Positions 63,352 through 64,000 of a stretch of 64,000 nucleotides of DNA are shown here, piece by piece (positions within the stretch are counted from its first letter, which is position 1; every line of letters begins with the position of its first letter). The notes beneath the pieces were generated by a model that saw nothing but the letters and a program-made list of their open reading frames with translations, did no database searches and was not told the origin of the DNA. The position numbers and the translations under genes are program-made. Origin of the DNA: Nitrospirales bacterium. Its GTDB lineage: Bacteria > Nitrospirota > Nitrospiria > Nitrospirales > UBA8639. The DNA is taken from contig OY729426.1 in NCBI GenBank assembly GCA_963422365.1, positions 1,792,001 to 1,856,000 of the forward strand. Direction: 5' to 3'.

Positions 63352-63867
63352 ATGGATTATAAAGTATTAATTCGCGAGATCTCCGATTTTCCCAAGCCCG
63401 GTGTTGTGTTTTATGACATTACAACGTTATTGAAAAATCCCGAAGGGTATCGACAGGTCATTGATGACCTCACCGTGCGCTATCGGGATGAGGCTATCAG
63501 CAAGATTGTGGGTATTGAGTCTCGAGGCTTTATATTGGGAAGCCCGTTAGCGTACAATTTGAGGACGGGGTTTGTTCCTGTCCGCAAGCCCGGCAAGCTC
63601 CCTGCCGATGTGTTTGAGGTGAAATATAATCTGGAATATGGGGCAAACTCGCTGGCTATCCATCGAGACGCCGTGACGATGGGAGAACGAGTGCTGGTGG
63701 TCGATGATCTCTTAGCGACTGGAGGAACTGCATCTGCGACCGTGTACTTATTACGGCAATTAGGCGCAGAAATTGTGGGGTGTGCCTTTATGATCGAATT
63801 GCTGTTTTTGCAAGGACGTCAAAAAATTGAGGATTGCGAGGTTTATTCCTTGATGACGTATACTTGA
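63352..63867 (+). CDS. apt: adenine phosphoribosyltransferase
   Basis: DFPKPGV.FYDIT, RKPGKLP, Y.LEYG and VDDLLATGGT. Confidence 0.97.
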   Translation: MDYKVLIREISDFPKPGVVFYDITTLLKNPEGYRQVIDDLTVRYRDEAISKIVGIESRGFILGSPLAYNLRTGFVPVRKPGKLPADVFEVKYNLEYGANSLAIHRDAVTMGERVLVVDDLLATGGTASATVYLLRQLGAEIVGCAFMIELLFLQGRQKIEDCEVYSLMTYT

Positions 63868-64000
63868 ACTGCTATATTTTTTACCTTTAAATCTTAGGCG
63901 AAGGTCGTTATTTAGAACGATGGAGTAAAGAACAAGGGTGGTTGTTGCGTTGGAAAAGGAGACGTGAAATGGCAGGCAAATCCATAAAGAAACATGCGAC

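Overview
This is a 64 kb core-genome segment of a bacterium whose gene content and conserved hypothetical proteins look like Nitrospirales (an inference from recalled similarity, no search run). Intact housekeeping genes include recA, alaS, mltG, grpE-dnaK-dnaJ, coaX, nadC, valS, guaB-guaA, an RsuA/RluB-family pseudouridine synthase, aspS, tenA, a two-subunit biotin carboxylase, hemE-hemY, apt and tRNA-Met. About eight dispensable genes are broken by frameshifts or stops (cinA, thpR, rsmE, an M48 peptidase, a Tpx-like peroxidase, a lipoprotein, two exported proteins), which suggests ongoing genome erosion. Accessory or unusual elements: (1) two paralogous outer-membrane beta-barrel genes, each with a similar sigma70 promoter and each placed just after a broken gene; (2) an NgoMIV-family restriction enzyme paired with an N4-cytosine-type rather than C5 methyltransferase; (3) a 1 kb AT-rich islet bounded by imperfect repeats of the guaA 3' end; (4) a 141 bp MITE; (5) two dispersed palindromic repeat families; (6) a ProA homologue lacking the catalytic Cys; (7) a birA frame that continues in frame from the nadC TAG with no canonical start of its own; (8) a protein with a split sigma region-4-like motif. 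No CRISPR array, rRNA, integrase or transposase was seen.
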